64,000 nucleotides of DNA. Source: Octopus sinensis. Its lineage: Eukaryota. The stretch is from contig NC_043004.1 in NCBI RefSeq assembly GCF_006345805.1, forward strand, positions 38,688,001 to 38,752,000. Reading direction: 5' to 3'. A program made the position numbers and the translations under genes. A model generated the notes under the pieces. It was not told the DNA's origin and searched no databases. It saw nothing but the letters and a program-made list of their open reading frames with translations. Shown piece by piece: positions 1-12,663 of this stretch. The first letter of the stretch is position 1, and each line of letters opens with the position of its first letter.

Positions 1-115
1 ACATACATACATACAAACATACATACATACATACATACATACTTACATACATACGTGCATACATACATACATACATACATACTTACATACATACGTGCAT
101 ACATACATACATACA
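1..115. repeat. (TACA)n microsatellite; further tracts at ~786-905 and ~1030-1255
   Basis: Directly visible tetranucleotide repeat. Confidence 0.95.
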
Positions 116-770
116 GGAACAGGAAATATCAAACAATACCTGATGACAAAAGGGATAAAAATGCAGGCAAAGCCTTAACCGATGCAGAATTCGTGGTGTT
201 ATCAGTGAAGATATCACCTACATCATAAACGGTATTATCAATCGATGATACATGACGTTGTAGCTAGGACATTCTATAATGGAATCTGTCGGACGGACAA
301 TGGTAGAAGCCATGCCACTCATAATAAAAAGGAATACTGGTGGAATGTACCAGTGAAGACCTCAAAAAAATATAAGCACAACAGACCTGATATAATGATT
401 TGGGCTAGAGAAGAGAGACTGTGCACAGTTGTGGAAATTAGCTACACAGCGGAAGTTAACATAAAGCTGAAGGTCAGTGAGAAAGAGAACACCTATGCTG
501 AACAATTGAGAATTCTGCGGTTATCCTATCCAGATTACAATTTCAGGTTTATAACTGTAATTATTGGGGCCCTGGGATATATACCACATTGCCTAAATAT
601 CAATCTTGAGAAATTAGGTTTCTCAAAACCAGAAAAGAGAAAGCTAATTCGAAGACTACATATCCAATCCATCACTGGAACTGTAAAGATCTGTAAAACT
701 TTACCGAAGTTTATCATTGAAATATATACAAGCATGTTTAGATATGTAACTTTATGCATGAGAATGCATA
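116..770 (+). mobile_element. 3' fragment of an RLE-type (R4/Dong/NeSL-like) non-LTR retrotransposon: degenerate zinc knuckle plus restriction-like endonuclease
   Basis: ORF 245-964 contains HD..., HNRPDIMIW...VVEIS...K..EKENTY...VIIGALG, matching the RLE (PD..D/E..K) domain. Upstream reads RCRIRG..EDITYIING (decayed CCHC). The ORF tail runs into the TACA repeat. Confidence 0.8.
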
Positions 771-1289
771 CATTAGACATACAAATCTGCACGTACATAC
801 ATACATACATACATACATACATACATACATACATACATACATACATACATACATACATACATAATACATACATACATGTATGCATATATACATGCATGCA
901 TACATACAAACAAAAATACCCCGTTGTTGATGTTGAAATTCCAATCACGGAAACTTGGATCTAGGTTAGAAACCGTTTCTCTCGCTATTGGCAAGGACTC
1001 TTGAAACAAACTGAATAATGACATATATTCATACATACATACATACATACATACATACATACATACATACATACATACATACATACATACATGCATGCAT
1101 GCATACATACATACATACATACATACATACATACATACATACATACATACATACATACATGCATGCATGCATGCATACATACATAATACATAAATACATA
1201 CATACATACATACATACATACATACATACATACATACATACATACATACATACATAAGAATATTAAAGACAAAAAAAATGAACCTTGGA

Positions 1290-1500
1290 ACTCTCTACAT
1301 TCAATAAAACAGTGACCTACAATGTGGCTGCAGTGCCAGTACTCATACCAACATCTGGGCTGCTTAATTGGATGCTTGATGAGATCTGAGCCGTTGATGC
1401 GAAAACACGAAACCAGCAGAAATAATTTCCGCATCAATAGTGACCTAGACCGTCTCCGTCTAAAACATCAAGCCAGACTGCCTTTGAATGTTGTTTCATA
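1290..1500 (+). mobile_element. Decayed RT-thumb fragment of an RLE-type (R4/Dong-like) LINE
   Basis: Manual translation NKTVTYNVAAVPVLIPTSGLLNWMLDEI*AVDAKTR...DLDRLRL resembles the NK..A.N..A.PVL...NW...EL...D.KTR...DRLY motif of this clade; contains stops. Confidence 0.65.
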
Positions 1501-1699
1501 TCCCTTCGGCAAGATAGTTTAAGCACGAAGTGTCGAAGTAGCGACCATCGGCCGTTTGAGCAGTCAGCATCGACGATGCCCACCCACGGTACAGGCGAAA
1601 CTAGGCCTAGTCTAGTAATCATAGACACGGTCATGAGCCGGTTACCTCGCCTGCCAGTATATGTATATATCGTGCTTTTCATGCCGAACCACTAGCTTA

Positions 1700-1804
1700 C
1701 GAGAACTTAACCGTATCAACAAAGGTTGTCAAGCGGTGGTGGGTGACAAATACAGACATAAAGACACACACACACATAGATACACACACACACATACATA
1801 TCTA

Positions 1805-1896
<92 letters not shown>

Positions 1897-1905
1897 ATCT
1901 ATATA

Positions 1906-1954
<49 letters not shown>

Positions 1955-2112
1955 GGCGGGCTGCTTTGGGTTTTCGTTTACTAAATCCACTAACAAGGCT
2001 CTGGTCGGGCCCGTAGCTGTTGCAGAAGATACTCGCCCAAAGCTCCACGCAGTGGCACTGACCCCGGAACCATATGTTTAGGAAGGAGGCTTCTAATCAC
2101 ACAGCCACTCTT
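1700..2112 (-). mobile_element. tRNA-derived SINE, family B (internal microsatellite), degenerate
   Basis: Similar to copies at 7086, 28665 and 51973 (gagtggctgtgtg...ggttccgggt...cactgcgtgg head). Confidence 0.75.
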
Positions 2113-2147
2113 ACAAACCATATTATATATATATATATATTATATAT

Positions 2148-2522
2148 AACGGGAACTTTATGAAAAAGACAAAAGACGAAGGCGGTGGAAAACAAACAAA
2201 CATTGTATTAGTATGGCGCTCAGGAAATATAAATAAAACAAGTCTTTAACGTTTCGAGCCTACGCTCTTCAACAGAAAGATACACAGAGAGAAAAAAAAC
2301 ACAGAAAGAAGGAGAGAAAAAAAATGCGTGCAGTAACTACCGAATCAACATGGCGATCTGATTTCCGCCAGAGGTCAAAGATCAAACATGAGACGCGAGA
2401 GCGAAATAAGGTGAGATAATAGCGTTGAATGACCAGCTATTAGTGCGTAGGAGGGGTCTGGGCGTGTGTATGTATAGGGTTGGTGTATGTATTAGTATGT
2501 ATTAGTATGTATTAGTATGTAT

Positions 2523-2561
<39 letters not shown>

Positions 2562-4130
2562 AGAGAGTATTAGTGCGTAGGATAGGTCTGGACAGGCGTA
2601 TGTATGGGGTTGGTTGTATTAGTATGTATTAGTACGTATTAGTATGTATAAGTGTGTGGTGTGTGTATGAGAGAGTATAAGTGCGTTATGAGGGGTCTGG
2701 ACGTGTGTATGTATAGGGTTGGTTATGTATTAGTATGTATTAGTACGTATTAGTATGTATTAGTTGGTGTATGTATTAGTATGGCACATCATATATGATT
2801 GATGTGTAAAGTCGTGGTGGTGTAGTGAGGAGAAGAGGGGGAGGGGAAGAAGAGGGGGGGGAGAAGGGGAGGGGAAGAAGAGGGGGGAGAGGGGGGATGG
2901 GGAGGGGAAGGAGGAGGAAAAAAAAAAAGGGGGGAGGGGGAGAGAGAAGGGGAGTGAGGGAGCAGAGGGGGGAGGGAAAGAGGGAAGAGGGGGGAGAAGA
3001 GGGAAGGAGGGAGGGAGTAGGGGTGAAAGATGAAGGACTGAAAGAATTAAGGGCCGGCCGGGGGGGAGAAGGATAGGTGAGGAGGTGGGGGAGGGGGTTA
3101 GATGAGGAGGGGGGGGAGAGTTTGAGACCAAATGGAATGCGTATAAGAGCGAAGAGAGAAGATTAATTCCTGTTTCACCGGCGCAAACGGGAATCCGGAT
3201 GGCCTGTGTAGGACAAACCGAACACAGATAGGTGTTGCAGGAGTGACCGGTGGAGCGGAAATGGCGTGAGACTAGTGTGTCGTTCGCAAGGTGGATGTCA
3301 CGAAGATGTTCCGCGAACCGGTCAGCCAAGCGGCGTCCCGTTTGTCCGATGTACAAGGAATTGCAGAGAGAGCAAGAGACGCAATGATAATAATTGCTGG
3401 AGGTGCAGGTGAAGGAGTGGATGATGGGATAGGGTCGATGGTGGGTGCTAGTGAGGCGGGTGGTGTTGGAGAGGTAAGGGCAAGTGTGCGGCAACGTGGG
3501 CGGGAGCAGGGAACGAGCCGGGTTGGGAGGTAGGTCAGGGAAGGAGCTATAGACCAAAAGGTCTCGAAGGTTGTGGGCTCGTTTGAAAGAGGGGAGGGGT
3601 CGGTTGGGAGAGGTGTGATGGAGACGGTCGGACTGGAGATGACGGAAATCTCGAAGAATGGGTGTTTGGAGAGGTAGGGTGGTGGGGTGGTAAGTGAGGG
3701 GAAAAGGGAGGCGGTAGACTACAGGGCGGGTTCGGGGAGAGAGAGCAGATACACGGTCGCACGGACCGTGCTCTGGCAAGGGCGTGTGTGGATAGTGGTG
3801 AGGGGGTATCCACGTAGGGTGAAGTGGTGAGCCATACGTTGAGACTGAGTCTCAAAGTCATGGTCGTCACTACAGAGCCTACGTAGACGGAGGAATTGGG
3901 AATAGGGATGGAAAGCTTGGTGTGTTCTGGGTGGGAGGGAAGAGAGTTGAGGTATGAGTGTGAGTCTGTGTGTTTGTAGTGAATGGAGATGGTAAGAGTG
4001 GAGTGAAGAATGCTAACCGAAATGTCGAGGAAGGAGACAGAGGTGTTGGAGATAGTGGAAGTGAAGTGGAGGGCTGGATGGAAAGATTGGACGAAAGAGA
4101 GGAAGGAATCTAGATGTTCACGGGAGAACG
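2148..4130 (-). mobile_element. 5'-truncated, frameshifted Penelope-like element (Neptune-type): RT C-terminus + GIY-YIG + 3' UTR/pLTR
   Basis: FHPALHFTSTISNTSVSFLDISVS...YKHTDSHSYL (RT thumb) in ORF 3547-4296 and YIGQTGRRLADRFAEHLRDI (GIY-YIG) in ORF 2760-3779. The 3' UTR has three ~115-bp degenerate tandem units (2452-2790). There is an HHR motif at 2243-2280 and both ends lie in (TA)/(CA) repeats. Confidence 0.9.
2243..2280 (-). ncRNA. Minimal type-I hammerhead-like motif with variant core (CUGUUGA), GUU triplet
   Basis: Minus strand: TCTTT-CTGTTGA-A-GAGC gtag GCTC-GAAAC-GTT-AAAGA. Stems I and II pair. Confidence 0.6.
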
Positions 4131-4175
<45 letters not shown>

Positions 4176-4539
4176 TAGTATTATCACCCGATTTCATTCT
4201 ACTTGGTCTACTCCGTCCACTCGGGCCGCATTTTAAAGATGAGTAATTTTGCCCTAATTCAGAAAACTCAAAGTTGCCAAGTAAACTCTCCACCACTTTT
4301 AAACATAGTTACGGAAATTTTCAGCTCAAACTGACAACATTTACTAACACTTTTGCCTGCGCAACTGCTTGTGAGGCACCGTCCGCCCTTTTTACAAATA
4401 TATAGTAGGAATATATGTTACTACTACTATTATTTCTCTACATATATATATATTTATATAATTCTCCTATATTCCATCTTCCGTCTTTCATTTGTCATAT
4501 ATATAACTACTACTACTACTACTACTACAACTACTACTA

Positions 4540-4590
<51 letters not shown>

Positions 4591-4669
4591 GCTACTACTG
4601 GTGCTGCTGCTGCTGCTGCTGCTGCTACTACTACTATATATATACGTATATATATATATATACTGAGAT

Positions 4670-4836
4670 ATACTGAGAAGTATTACGCTTCAGGTAACAA
4701 AAAAAGTACAAGAAGACCAGTTAATTAACATTTTGTTCAGCGGTCGTATAGTTTTTCCAAGCCCTGTAAAAGAACTCGGAACTTTGTGTCTCCAGCCTAG
4801 CCTTTCAGGATACCTTTTGAGCCAGGAATACATATG
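4670..4836. repeat. ~165-bp unique-sequence unit, copy 1 of a local direct repeat
   Basis: Highly similar to 5207-5375 (tgagaagtattacgcttcagg...gaatacatatg). Confidence 0.9.
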
Positions 4837-4865
4837 TATATGTATGTATGTATATATATATATAC

Positions 4866-4896
<31 letters not shown>

Positions 4897-4924
4897 ATAT
4901 ATATATATATATATAAAATATATG

Positions 4925-4968
<44 letters not shown>

Positions 4969-5093
4969 TTCTATAATGCGTTTAATACAATCCCAAATGT
5001 TATACAATCATACAATCTCACTAGTTTAAAAAAACACACTCTTTTCCTTTATATATATACCCAATTGTACCAAAGATTTCAAACATTTTCTGA

Positions 5094-5197
<104 letters not shown>

Positions 5198-5206
5198 CAA
5201 TACGAT

Positions 5207-5375
5207 ATACTGAGAAGTATTACGCTTCAGGTAAAAAAAAAAAGTACAAGGAGACCAGTTAATTAACATTTTTCATCAGCGGTCGCATAGTTTTTCCAAT
5301 CCCTGTAAAAGAACTCGGAACTTTGTGTCTCCAGCCTAGCCTTTCAGGATACTTTTTGAGCCACGAATACATATG
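5207..5375. repeat. ~165-bp unique-sequence unit, copy 2
   Basis: Direct repeat of 4670-4836 with scattered substitutions. Confidence 0.9.
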
Positions 5376-5414
5376 TATATGTATGTATGTATGTATATAT
5401 ATATACAATATATA

Positions 5415-5453
<39 letters not shown>

Positions 5454-5454
5454 G

Positions 5455-5502
<48 letters not shown>

Positions 5503-5753
5503 AATGTATACCTATATGTATGTATGTACGTATGTATGCATATATGTATATATGTATATATGTATATGTGTATATCTTATAAGCAAACTTAGAAGCGTCG
5601 AATATAAAGAGTTTTGATTACAAAGAGTTTAGAAAATTGGTTAAATTCCTCTAAAAGGCGGAAAAATGTTGTCAGTAGGCATTTACAGAAATCGATCCCT
5701 GTACTTCTCACATATAAGGAATCTGGCATCGAAATTTACTTTTTATCTGTAAC

Positions 5754-5814
<61 letters not shown>

Positions 5815-5815
<1 letters not shown>

Positions 5816-6027
5816 GCGCTCTTTTCAGCGTTACTCAAGAAACAGGACGAAAGAGTGAGAGAAAGTTCGGACGAAAGAGTACAACAGGGGTCCCCCCTGC
5901 CATGCCGGAGCCTCGTGGAGCTTCAGGTGTTTTCGCTCAATAAACACACAACGCCCGATCTGGGAATCGAAACCGCGATCCTCCGACCGCGAGTCACTGT
6001 CCTAACCACCGAGCCATTGCGCGTCCA
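5815..6027 (-). mobile_element. tRNA-derived SINE, family C
   Basis: Minus head tggctcggtggttagg...gtttcgattccc (A/B-box-like); homologous to 48027-48345. Confidence 0.75.
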
Positions 6028-6173
6028 TTTATATATATATATATATATATATTAATATATATATATATATATATATAATATAATATATATATATTATATA
6101 TATATATATAATATATAATATTATATATATATATATATATAATATATATAATATATATATATATATATAATAT

Positions 6174-6214
<41 letters not shown>

Positions 6215-6220
6215 TACATG

Positions 6221-6277
<57 letters not shown>

Positions 6278-7085
6278 ATAACATATATATATATAATATC
6301 ATATACATTTATACACGTACGCATATGATTTTTTATAAATGTATATGCATGTATGTATGTATGCATGTATGTTTGTACAGGATATAGAGAGTAAAACGGT
6401 AGAAGAATTAAATATTTATGCACTTACAGATGCAAGAGAGGTGTTTTTATGTTGTTTCTCAATCTGCTTAACATAGTGGCTAAATATCCGTTACATCACA
6501 CGGTGCTTTCTGAGGAAAAATGTTATATCAAATGATCATGTGTTTCTCCTATGAAAGAAACGGTATGATCAGATTTGAAATGTCTTCTATCATACCATCT
6601 CTCGATCAGTTTAGGCCTAAGGTTAAGTAATCACAGCAAAACGCAGCCTCGTATGAATATTACATAGCAGTATAATTTCAACGATATTCTCCACACTAGT
6701 ATTCGCAAGTACTATTATCCTACGTCAGTGAATTTGAACATGTTTCGTAAAATTATAATTTGGAAACTACCTAAACAACAATAAACTACATACGAACAAA
6801 ATGTTACACATGACAGCGCTTGAATGACTGTGTTACAAAACTTGATAGTAGAAGGAATACAGGATATGTAGCAAATTTGTTGGGGCGGCAATGATTTTCT
6901 TTAGAGAATTAAGCTACATGGAGTAACAGCTACATAAAGTACAATCTGATCGCAAGAATATTTACATCTTCTCATATGTATTCTCAGAATATTTACATCT
7001 GTAATACTGTGGAGAGTAAATGCTTTTTGCAGCACAATCATAGATAAAATCTTATATACACGCAAAAATATTTTCAACATATAGA

Positions 7086-8012
7086 CGTAAGAGTGGCTGT
7101 GCGGTAAATAGCTTGCTTACGAACCACATGGTTCCGGGTTCAGTCCCAATGCGTGGCACTTTGGGCAAGTATCTTCTACTACAGCCTCGGGCCAACCAAA
7201 GCCTTGTGAGTGGATTTGGTAGATGAAAACTGAAAGAAGCGCGTCACATATATATATATAATGGCCTACCTCCCCGCCACCACACACTCAGTGACACTGT
7301 GAAGTGGTCAAAGCTGAAATTCTTAGAATCCCCTTGGAATCAATATTCTGTCCAGCAGACCAAAAAAATTATTTCCTTCTTCTTCCCTCTCCCTTCCCCT
7401 CTTTCTCTTTAGCACTCACCTCAGATACAAACACACACACACATACACACACACACACACATGTTCTCTCTCTCACTTTCTCCTCATCCACCTCACCCTC
7501 TTACATTCGTACTGTTTTACATTCCTCCCCACCACTACGAAACTATAAAATGATTAAAATTCCCCAGAAAGGAACTTATTTTGAATTGAAAATCCCACTA
7601 GAATGGGAGAAAGCGCTAATGATCTAAGTGATATGATATATATGTAAAAAATGTAATATATAAATAAATATCTGTAAATATAAACCACCCGATCTTCTGA
7701 TTACCTCATTTCTTCTAATATATAATACCTGTACATCATCTCCAAACCTTCCAATATACATATAAATATATATGTATGTATGTGTGTGTATGTGTGTGTC
7801 TGTGTTTGTCACTCCCCCCCCATCGCTTGAGAACCGATGCTGGTGTGTTGACGTCCCTGTAACTTAGCGGTTCGGCAAAAGAGACCGATAGAATAAGTAC
7901 TAGGCTTACATTACAAATAATAAGTCTTGGAGTCGATTTGCTCGACTAAAGGCAGTGCTCCAGCATGGCCGCAGTCAAATGACAGAAACAATTAAAAGAG
8001 TAAAAGGGAGTA
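7086..8012 (+). mobile_element. SINE family B, split by ~500 bp of other sequence (~7260-7760) inside its internal microsatellite
   Basis: Head 7086-7250 and tail 7790-8012 match the contiguous copy at 28665-29064. Confidence 0.8.
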
Positions 8013-10044
8013 AGAGTATATATAATTTATTATTATATTATATAATTTTTAATTTATATTTTATATCAGCTCGTAAGTGTCCGTGACCGAAGACCAGATA
8101 TACTCTGAAATACTCGCATCTCACGGTCAAGGTAGACGGCGCTGTGAGGTGATATTGGTGTATACACACCATTTGTCAACAGACAGTATATATTTTATGT
8201 GACAAACCGCAGTAAGTAGCTTGTCCTCAGTTCGAACGTGCATCAAGCATATTCGCACTGATAATACCATTGCAATTTTACTTACCACTGCTTACCACTG
8301 CTTAACTCTCCCCTGTAACGTAATAACAATGTCATCACTGACACATGCTCACACACTCACCTATACGTACGCGCGTGCACACACATATACAGGCAAATGA
8401 TAGTTTCTAAAATCTGCGCGTGCGCACGTGTGTGTATGTGTGAGAGCATGAGGTGTAGGAGACAAAATCTGCAATGAACGAAAGATAGTATGCGAGAGAT
8501 GAAGAAATAACGGATAGTATGTGCACGTGATAATGAATGCACAGATTCATATAAACACGTATACAGGTAGAGGAAAAGATTGATTGATATTAATTTATGA
8601 CAGCTAATGATATCATGGACTTCAAAAATATGACACTGGACATCCGTGTAGCGATTAGTCATTGTTAACTCGTTTGAATATATGTCAGCTTTATTACATA
8701 GCACGGATATAAATTTATTTTGTCGTCTGTTTTATAGTATTTTAACTGAGGAGATACGGTTGTCTAAGCTATTATTAACCAAAGCTACGAACGAAACAGA
8801 CTGTAGCTATGTGAAAAAGGATACGACTATATTATATGGAAAGAGGTCAGATGAATTTTTAAACATTTAGTTTTTGCTTTTTCATGTCAATGATTTTGTG
8901 TGGCCGAAAACAAACGCAAGTCATTTAAGTCGCCCGTCGAATAAAGAGGATTAACCCATACATCTGTTGTTTCAGATATTCTAGTTTCTCAATAGTGTTC
9001 AATATACCATTCTCTGAGGAGCGTGCAGCAAAAACTCAGGTTTGCAATTGTTTGGACATATATTCTCCTGCATTTTTCGTTTAATCGCATATACTGTTGA
9101 TCTTTTGTTTAACAATACGCCTGACAACGTCGAGCAGACGATTGGAGTAAGATATTCAAATAGTGTCTTAATAATCGTATTGGTTTCGTTAGAGAGGTAT
9201 ACAGTGAAAACATACAATGCATCAGTGTCTAGTTGTCTACTGCTTTTATCATTACATATATACAAAACAAAAAACTCAGGAAGACACTTGTTGAAAATAT
9301 TCCAGCGTTTCTTTTTATTTATGGTTGGGCTGCAGAAGAAACGTTCTTTTGACATATTGTAGATGTCTGGGAAGATGTATATATTTTTGCCATTAGATTG
9401 TGTTTTTCGTGGCTATTACTCCTTGTATCTAGTTTACAAAAGAACAATCATTCCCGTCTCCACGAATCTGCACCTGATCTATTTATTTTATGATCAGTTT
9501 CGTTTTGTAACAGATATAGTCAAGCGCTGTCGTGTATACCATTTTGCACCTATATAGTTTATTGTCGTTCGGATTGTTTGAACATTATAATTTTACAAAT
9601 TCTAATTCATTTACGTAGGATATTAGTATATGCAAATACGGGTGTGGAGAAAATGGAAGATATTAGAATGACATGTAAGGAATTGTGTTTTGCTGTGGTT
9701 ATTTAAGCGTAGGTCTAAACTGGTCGAGAGGTTTACATATATAGATATATATGTGTGTGTATATGTATAGGTCTAAATCTCTCTCTCTATATATGTATAT
9801 GTCTAAATGTTTACATGTGTGTATGTGCATGTGTGTATATGATTTTATAAGGAAACTTCAAAGTGGGTAAATTTTTTACAGCAAATAATTCGCTGTGGAA
9901 ACTGTATTGACAATTGCCAATTGACAATAAAACCCACAAGAGAAAAGTTGTCAGTAGGCAGTTACTGAACCTTGCACGTCTCACATAATAGGTGTCCCGG
10001 ATCCGAAATCTACTTAACTATATAATAATGGGCTAGGCCAGTAT

Positions 10045-10115
<71 letters not shown>

Positions 10116-10271
10116 ATGTGAAATAGAAAGATGAATAATCTTGTAGTAGATTAATCAAAAGTTTAACCGATACCTTAGTAGCAAAAATCACAGCAGTGAA
10201 CAGCACGGTTGGAGGTACAACCATCTGGCGTTGCAACCGTGCGTTGGTGCGGATAATTGAAATTAAAACAT

Positions 10272-10603
10272 TATTGGTGAATTGAAGAAATGGAGCTGAA
10301 CGCAGATTGAACAGAAATCGTTTTATTTCATTCTACACGTGTTTCGAAAGGCACAAATTACCAAAATCCGATTGAATAATGGGACCATATTGTGTCTTTC
10401 TCTTCAGGAAGAAAAAAGGAAATCCGTTGGAAAAACAAAAACAGAACAGAGGCAGAGCAAAAAACAAATCGAACTGTGCTCCTAAGAGCCCATGGCGAAA
10501 CTGTTTATCAGTGTATGTTGAGAACCGGTGGCTGAAGAATTCAACAGGTCAGGCATCGGTCAACCATGTGGGTGAGGGTGTATAGATGTTCTTTGTGACC
10601 GAT
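10272..10603 (-). repeat. 3' pseudo-LTR segment (sense) duplicated in inverted form at 12646-12977
   Basis: Reverse complement of 12646-12977; mismatches seen at 10292/12957 and 10516/12733. Confidence 0.95.
10331..10410 (-). ncRNA. Type-I hammerhead ribozyme motif, canonical core, long stem II
   Basis: TTC-CTGAAGA-GAAAGACACAA-loop-TTGTGCCTTTC-GAAAC-ACGT-GTA-GAA on the minus strand. Confidence 0.75.
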
Positions 10604-11025
10604 AATAAAGTTCTGACTATTTAAAGAATATTGGATGTTTTATAAGGGGCGAGAAAAAATCTACTTAGAGACGTGTGTGTGTGTATACTGTTCTATATAT
10701 GTGTGTGTTGGCGTAGGGGTAGAAAACATTTTTTGTGTACGTGTGTGCGTTTGATCGTTCGGCTGTCAGTGGCTACTGCCGTGATAACCGTTGGGTGGCA
10801 GAAAGAAAAAAAATAAAGAAATTATATATATATATTATGTTTTATGTGTGTGTGTGTGTGTGTTCATCCAAGCCTGCCTTGACAAGGAAACCCCCCGCTG
10901 TGAAAGAACAAGCCCCGTTTGTCTTACAGGAGTAATTTCCCTTGCAGTGGTTAATTGTAGATATCTTAAAATCTATTTCAGAATTTGTTACCAAGGGCTA
11001 TGGGTGCCGGTCTTGTTTATAAACG

Positions 11026-12663
11026 CTATTTAAAGGCCAGATAAGTGTAACGCCGCCAATGGGGGCATCGAAAAGCCGACTGTAAGAGCCCGTTTACCAT
11101 CCGGCCTCTGGCAAACAAAATATGGAAGAGTTCGGAGACACAAAGGTTGCACTGTCTTCTGCCCCTATCAAATGGGAGGGCCACCGACAAAATTGACCAT
11201 TCCAGCCTATAGCTTAAGTTCGCATCCTTCAGTCGCCATATTAGCTTACTGAGTCCCGTGGTCTGGCGCTTGTTCACGTCCCGAAAAGTTGCGTAATGGT
11301 TGGAGACACGCAAAGACAATCTTGAGGATGATGCCCCTATATAAGTGAAGGCATCTGAGTCCGTGTAAACCTTGCATTGGTAGACGGCGTTTTTGATCTT
11401 GGAGTTCGCCGACGTGAATCTTACTCTGCTAGGATTGGTTTCTGAAATTAGAACTGCGTTCCTGTCACTATATTCGTTCCGAGACCTGCAGCCGCTTACT
11501 ACTCTATTTTCCACTACGTCACTATTAACTATAGGAATAACCCCTGATTCTCCACTATCTATCAGAGTGCTGTCATTGCTACTGCCCGTGGTACTGCTAT
11601 TGCGGGAAATGATGCTGGGGATGCTAAAGGGGCTCTCTACCCTACTCCCATTGTTACCATCAACCACAACACCCCTATTTATAACTATACCCCTCGTGGG
11701 TACTCCCTGGCTGGAGCTGAGATTATGTGTCACTGTACTGGCTCTCATATCATTATTACTACTATAATTATTCCTACTGAGCATTAAACCGGGAGCGGAA
11801 GAGGCTGTGCCTCCGGAAAAAGGTGATAGGGTCTTAGTAAGTAGCCTATTATTATGGGAGGCGATTATCTGGGCGAGGTTTTTAGTGTTGGAGAAAGCTA
11901 TCCTAACTTTATGTGAGTTAACCGTGGAGTAATATTTGGAATTTCTGGGGAAGTTATTGGCGATGGCTTGTCTAAACATGAGGGGGAGGTTAGTTCTAAT
12001 CTGCTTACCAAAGGGGATTACAAACCATATATGCTTATTCCTATCAGTGTGATGGGTCGGGACGCCAGCTCTCGCATTTGGGTGGGTGATTCTCGGATGA
12101 ATAACGGGTCTTGGGTTAGTGTAAGACCTCCCGGACCGATAATTATCCTTGTTCGCTAAATTAAATGCGGGAGCGACTACCCCGGTATCCGCCGCGCTCC
12201 CGTCCTTACTTAAAATGTTAATGTTATTATATACGGCCCTATCCTGATGACCGAATGATGGCATCGGAAGGGCCGGATCAATATAAATTACCTTCTGCCT
12301 ATAACCGGCCTTGGATAGTGCGGCGTTATAAAAATCCGCTTTCTGCATAAAAATATCGGCACTGGCGGACAGGCCAGACAATCTTAGAGAGATGTTTTTA
12401 ACCAAATTGTCTGTTACGGTTTTGGCATGATTTGAGAAGACACTGACATACTTCAAATTAGTGGAAGGCTTATGGTAAGGGCAGTATGAGTCGCTATTAA
12501 GGTTAAGTGTAACGTCTAGGAAATTAGCCTTGGTGAGTTCGTTATCAAAAACTATACTCATGCCCATTCTATTAAAAAACCTAACTAACCTGCTCTTAGT
12601 TTTCTGCACTATTCTGTTCGTGGTGTTTTGCAGGTAAAACAGACAATCGGTCACAAAGAACAT
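11026..12663 (-). CDS. Truncated PLE polyprotein: RT C-terminal palm/thumb + low-complexity linker + GIY-YIG endonuclease; first 6 codons come from the inverted pLTR
   Basis: ORF track 545 aa with no stops. YIG, Arg/His and C-terminal CNLC..E of the Hydra-type GIY-YIG are present; the RT fingers and YxD are absent. Confidence 0.8.
   Translation of the reverse strand: MFFVTDCLFYLQNTTNRIVQKTKSRLVRFFNRMGMSIVFDNELTKANFLDVTLNLNSDSYCPYHKPSTNLKYVSVFSNHAKTVTDNLVKNISLRLSGLSASADIFMQKADFYNAALSKAGYRQKVIYIDPALPMPSFGHQDRAVYNNINILSKDGSAADTGVVAPAFNLANKDNYRSGRSYTNPRPVIHPRITHPNARAGVPTHHTDRNKHIWFVIPFGKQIRTNLPLMFRQAIANNFPRNSKYYSTVNSHKVRIAFSNTKNLAQIIASHNNRLLTKTLSPFSGGTASSAPGLMLSRNNYSSNNDMRASTVTHNLSSSQGVPTRGIVINRGVVVDGNNGSRVESPFSIPSIISRNSSTTGSSNDSTLIDSGESGVIPIVNSDVVENRVVSGCRSRNEYSDRNAVLISETNPSRVRFTSANSKIKNAVYQCKVYTDSDAFTYIGASSSRLSLRVSNHYATFRDVNKRQTTGLSKLIWRLKDANLSYRLEWSILSVALPFDRGRRQCNLCVSELFHILFARGRMVNGLLQSAFRCPHWRRYTYLAFK

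Noticed and set aside
8999-9557. 118/106-aa overlapping ORFs
   Set aside because: No recognisable motif or consistent splice sites; possibly an unidentifiable decayed transposon.
10379-10585. 68-aa ORF MGPYCVFLFRKKK... present three times
   Set aside because: It is the antisense reading of the pLTR and its repetition reflects the DNA repeat. It is noted only for its in-frame position at 12664-12870.
11393-11767. 124-aa hydrophobic plus-strand ORF
   Set aside because: It is an antisense shadow of the S/N-rich PLE linker.
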